A stretch of 10,069 nt of DNA from a bacterium (GTDB lineage: Bacteria; Fidelibacterota; Marinisomatia; Marinisomatales; UBA1611): contig JAYPIC010000063.1 of the NCBI GenBank assembly GCA_038127595.1, positions 1 through 10,069 of the forward strand, written 5' to 3'. The notes under the pieces are model-generated. The model saw nothing but the letters and a program-made list of their open reading frames with translations, did no database searches and was not told where the DNA came from. Shown in pieces: positions 8,714-10,069 of this stretch. Within the stretch, counting starts at the first letter, position 1, and each line of letters opens with the position of its first letter. Position numbers and translations under genes: made by a program.

Positions 8714-10069
8714 ATGATAAACCAATCTCATAAATTATCCGGTCCATTTTTAATTGATCTAAAAAATAGGTTCAGGCAAATAGCTGGAAGTGATAATAAA
8801 ATCGATAGGAAAGAATTTAAGAACGGCCTATTAATTGATAATGATCAAATTAAAAATCGAATCTTTGACATTTTTGATACTGATCAAAATAATTTTTTGG
8901 ATATTAGAGAATTTATTGATGGTATTGAAAGATTGATTAATGGAACCACTTACGAAAAAATTAAGTTTGCTTTTCAAGTTCATGACATTGATGGAAGTGG
9001 AGATATTGATAAGCTTGAGTTAGAAATTTTAGTAAAAAACATTTTAATTGAAAATAATTTAGATTTTGACGCTAATCAAATATCTCTAATCGTAAGTGAT
9101 TTATTCAAAAAAGTCGACATTGATGGAAATGGCAAGATTGATTTTGATGAGTTTTTAAAATTAGTAGAGGAGTATCCTGATTTTTTAAAAAGCCTAGCTG
9201 TAAATCCTTTGTCATGGTTTTATGAAAAAGATCAAAGTAAAGATGGAGCTGCTGTTAAAAAATATAAATCGTCAGGAAAAGTTCAAATTGAAGGTTTGAG
9301 TCTAATACAATGGCTTCTAGTCCCGAGGTTAATTTATCTGTTCAATATAATTGTTAAGCGAAATTCAAATATTAAACCTATTCCAATAAAATCCGTAAAA
9401 ATATTGCCTGAAAAAAATGTGTCATTTTCTTTTGAAAAACCTAAATGGTTACAAAGTAATCCTGGTGATTATGTTTATGTTAATTGTCCTTGGGTCTCAA
9501 AGTTTCAGTGGTTTCCTTTTAACTTAATGACATCTACAAAAAATAAAATTGCCTACTTGAATATTAAAGCTAGCGGTGCCTGGTCAGAAAAAGTATATGA
9601 TAAAACTATAGCAAAATTAAATGATAGTAGCTTAGAAAAATTAAACATAAGAATAGATGGTCCATATGGATCATCTAGTAATGAAATTTTAAATTCTAAA
9701 AATATCATTCTTATTGCAGCTGGTGCAGGAATAGCAAAATTTGCTTCTATCCTCCAGGATATTGCTTTTAAAATTAAAGATAATATCGTGAAATCTGACC
9801 TTGAATCAGTTCATTTTATATGGCTGTGTGATGACAGCTTTTATGTTGAGTGGTTTAAAAAATTATTGCGAGAGCTTGATAACGAATATGAATCTATTAA
9901 TTTTAACTATGATATTTATTTTACGAAAAGAAATGCAGCTTCTTTACCAAAAGACATGCTTTATATTTCTAAAGATCTTGTTAATAACGAGTACGATATT
10001 GACCTATTAGATGGCTTAGGAAAACACAATCACATTTGTTCAACAATATGGTATGATAAGTTTAAAAAT
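8714..10069 (+). CDS. NOX5-like EF-hand / FAD-NAD(P)H dehydrogenase (FNR-fold) protein lacking the ferric reductase-like transmembrane domain; 3' partial
   Basis: Translated manually; it is not in the ORF track because it has no stop in the window. ATG at 8714 follows an in-frame TAA at 8708-8710 and the frame stays open for 452 codons. EF loops: AGSDNKIDRKE (8783-8815), DTDQNNFLDIRE (8876-8911), DIDGSGDIDKLE (8984-9019), DIDGNGKIDFDE (9116-9151). Then WLLVP (9311), PGDYVYVNCP..S..QWFPFN, IKASGAWS, IDGPYG (DGPYG 9656-9670), LIAAGAGIAKFASIL and VHFIW...VEWF. Confidence 0.88.
   Translation, partial: MINQSHKLSGPFLIDLKNRFRQIAGSDNKIDRKEFKNGLLIDNDQIKNRIFDIFDTDQNNFLDIREFIDGIERLINGTTYEKIKFAFQVHDIDGSGDIDKLELEILVKNILIENNLDFDANQISLIVSDLFKKVDIDGNGKIDFDEFLKLVEEYPDFLKSLAVNPLSWFYEKDQSKDGAAVKKYKSSGKVQIEGLSLIQWLLVPRLIYLFNIIVKRNSNIKPIPIKSVKILPEKNVSFSFEKPKWLQSNPGDYVYVNCPWVSKFQWFPFNLMTSTKNKIAYLNIKASGAWSEKVYDKTIAKLNDSSLEKLNIRIDGPYGSSSNEILNSKNIILIAAGAGIAKFASILQDIAFKIKDNIVKSDLESVHFIWLCDDSFYVEWFKKLLRELDNEYESINFNYDIYFTKRNAASLPKDMLYISKDLVNNEYDIDLLDGLGKHNHICSTIWYDKFKN

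Noticed and set aside
8641..8716. Short repeats in the divergent intergenic region (tatgca twice; ttgtg...cacaa)
   Set aside because: They are only 5-6 bp in very AT-rich DNA, so they are expected by chance and cannot be called an operator.
9801..10010. 69-aa + strand ORF in the track
   Set aside because: Out-of-frame ORF nested in the NOX5-like CDS, whose own frame carries the conserved motifs here.
8714..10069. Calling the ORF a functional NADPH oxidase, or a pseudogene
   Set aside because: A full NOX needs the bis-heme TM domain, which is absent and not encoded elsewhere in this window. A pseudogene call is unsupported because there are no stops or frameshifts and the EF loops are intact.
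1..10069. CRISPR arrays, tRNA/rRNA genes, IS elements or integrases
   Set aside because: I saw no spaced repeats, RNA gene signatures or transposase/recombinase motifs, and nearly the whole window is protein-coding.

Overview
AT-rich, densely packed bacterial window, probably a streamlined FCB-group lineage such as Marinimicrobia (inference, not tested). On the + strand, a housekeeping-like run encodes a partial GT9 LPS heptosyltransferase, waaA, a pgsA-like CDP-alcohol phosphatidyltransferase, ftsY, rimO and a DUF1704/QEGLA HExxxH metallopeptidase. It converges with no spacer on a minus-strand pair: a cystathionine beta-synthase-type PLP enzyme and an unusual membrane-anchored GH1 glycosidase fused to a C-terminal TlpA-like CxxC thioredoxin domain. 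The main discovery is missing from the ORF track: an ORF starting at 8714 and open to the window end (at least 452 codons). It encodes a NOX5-like protein with four EF-hands and FAD/NAD(P)H dehydrogenase domains, but almost all of the heme-binding transmembrane domain is absent (only a TM6-like helix remains) and several cofactor-binding motifs are altered. Family comparisons come from recalled motifs, not database searches.
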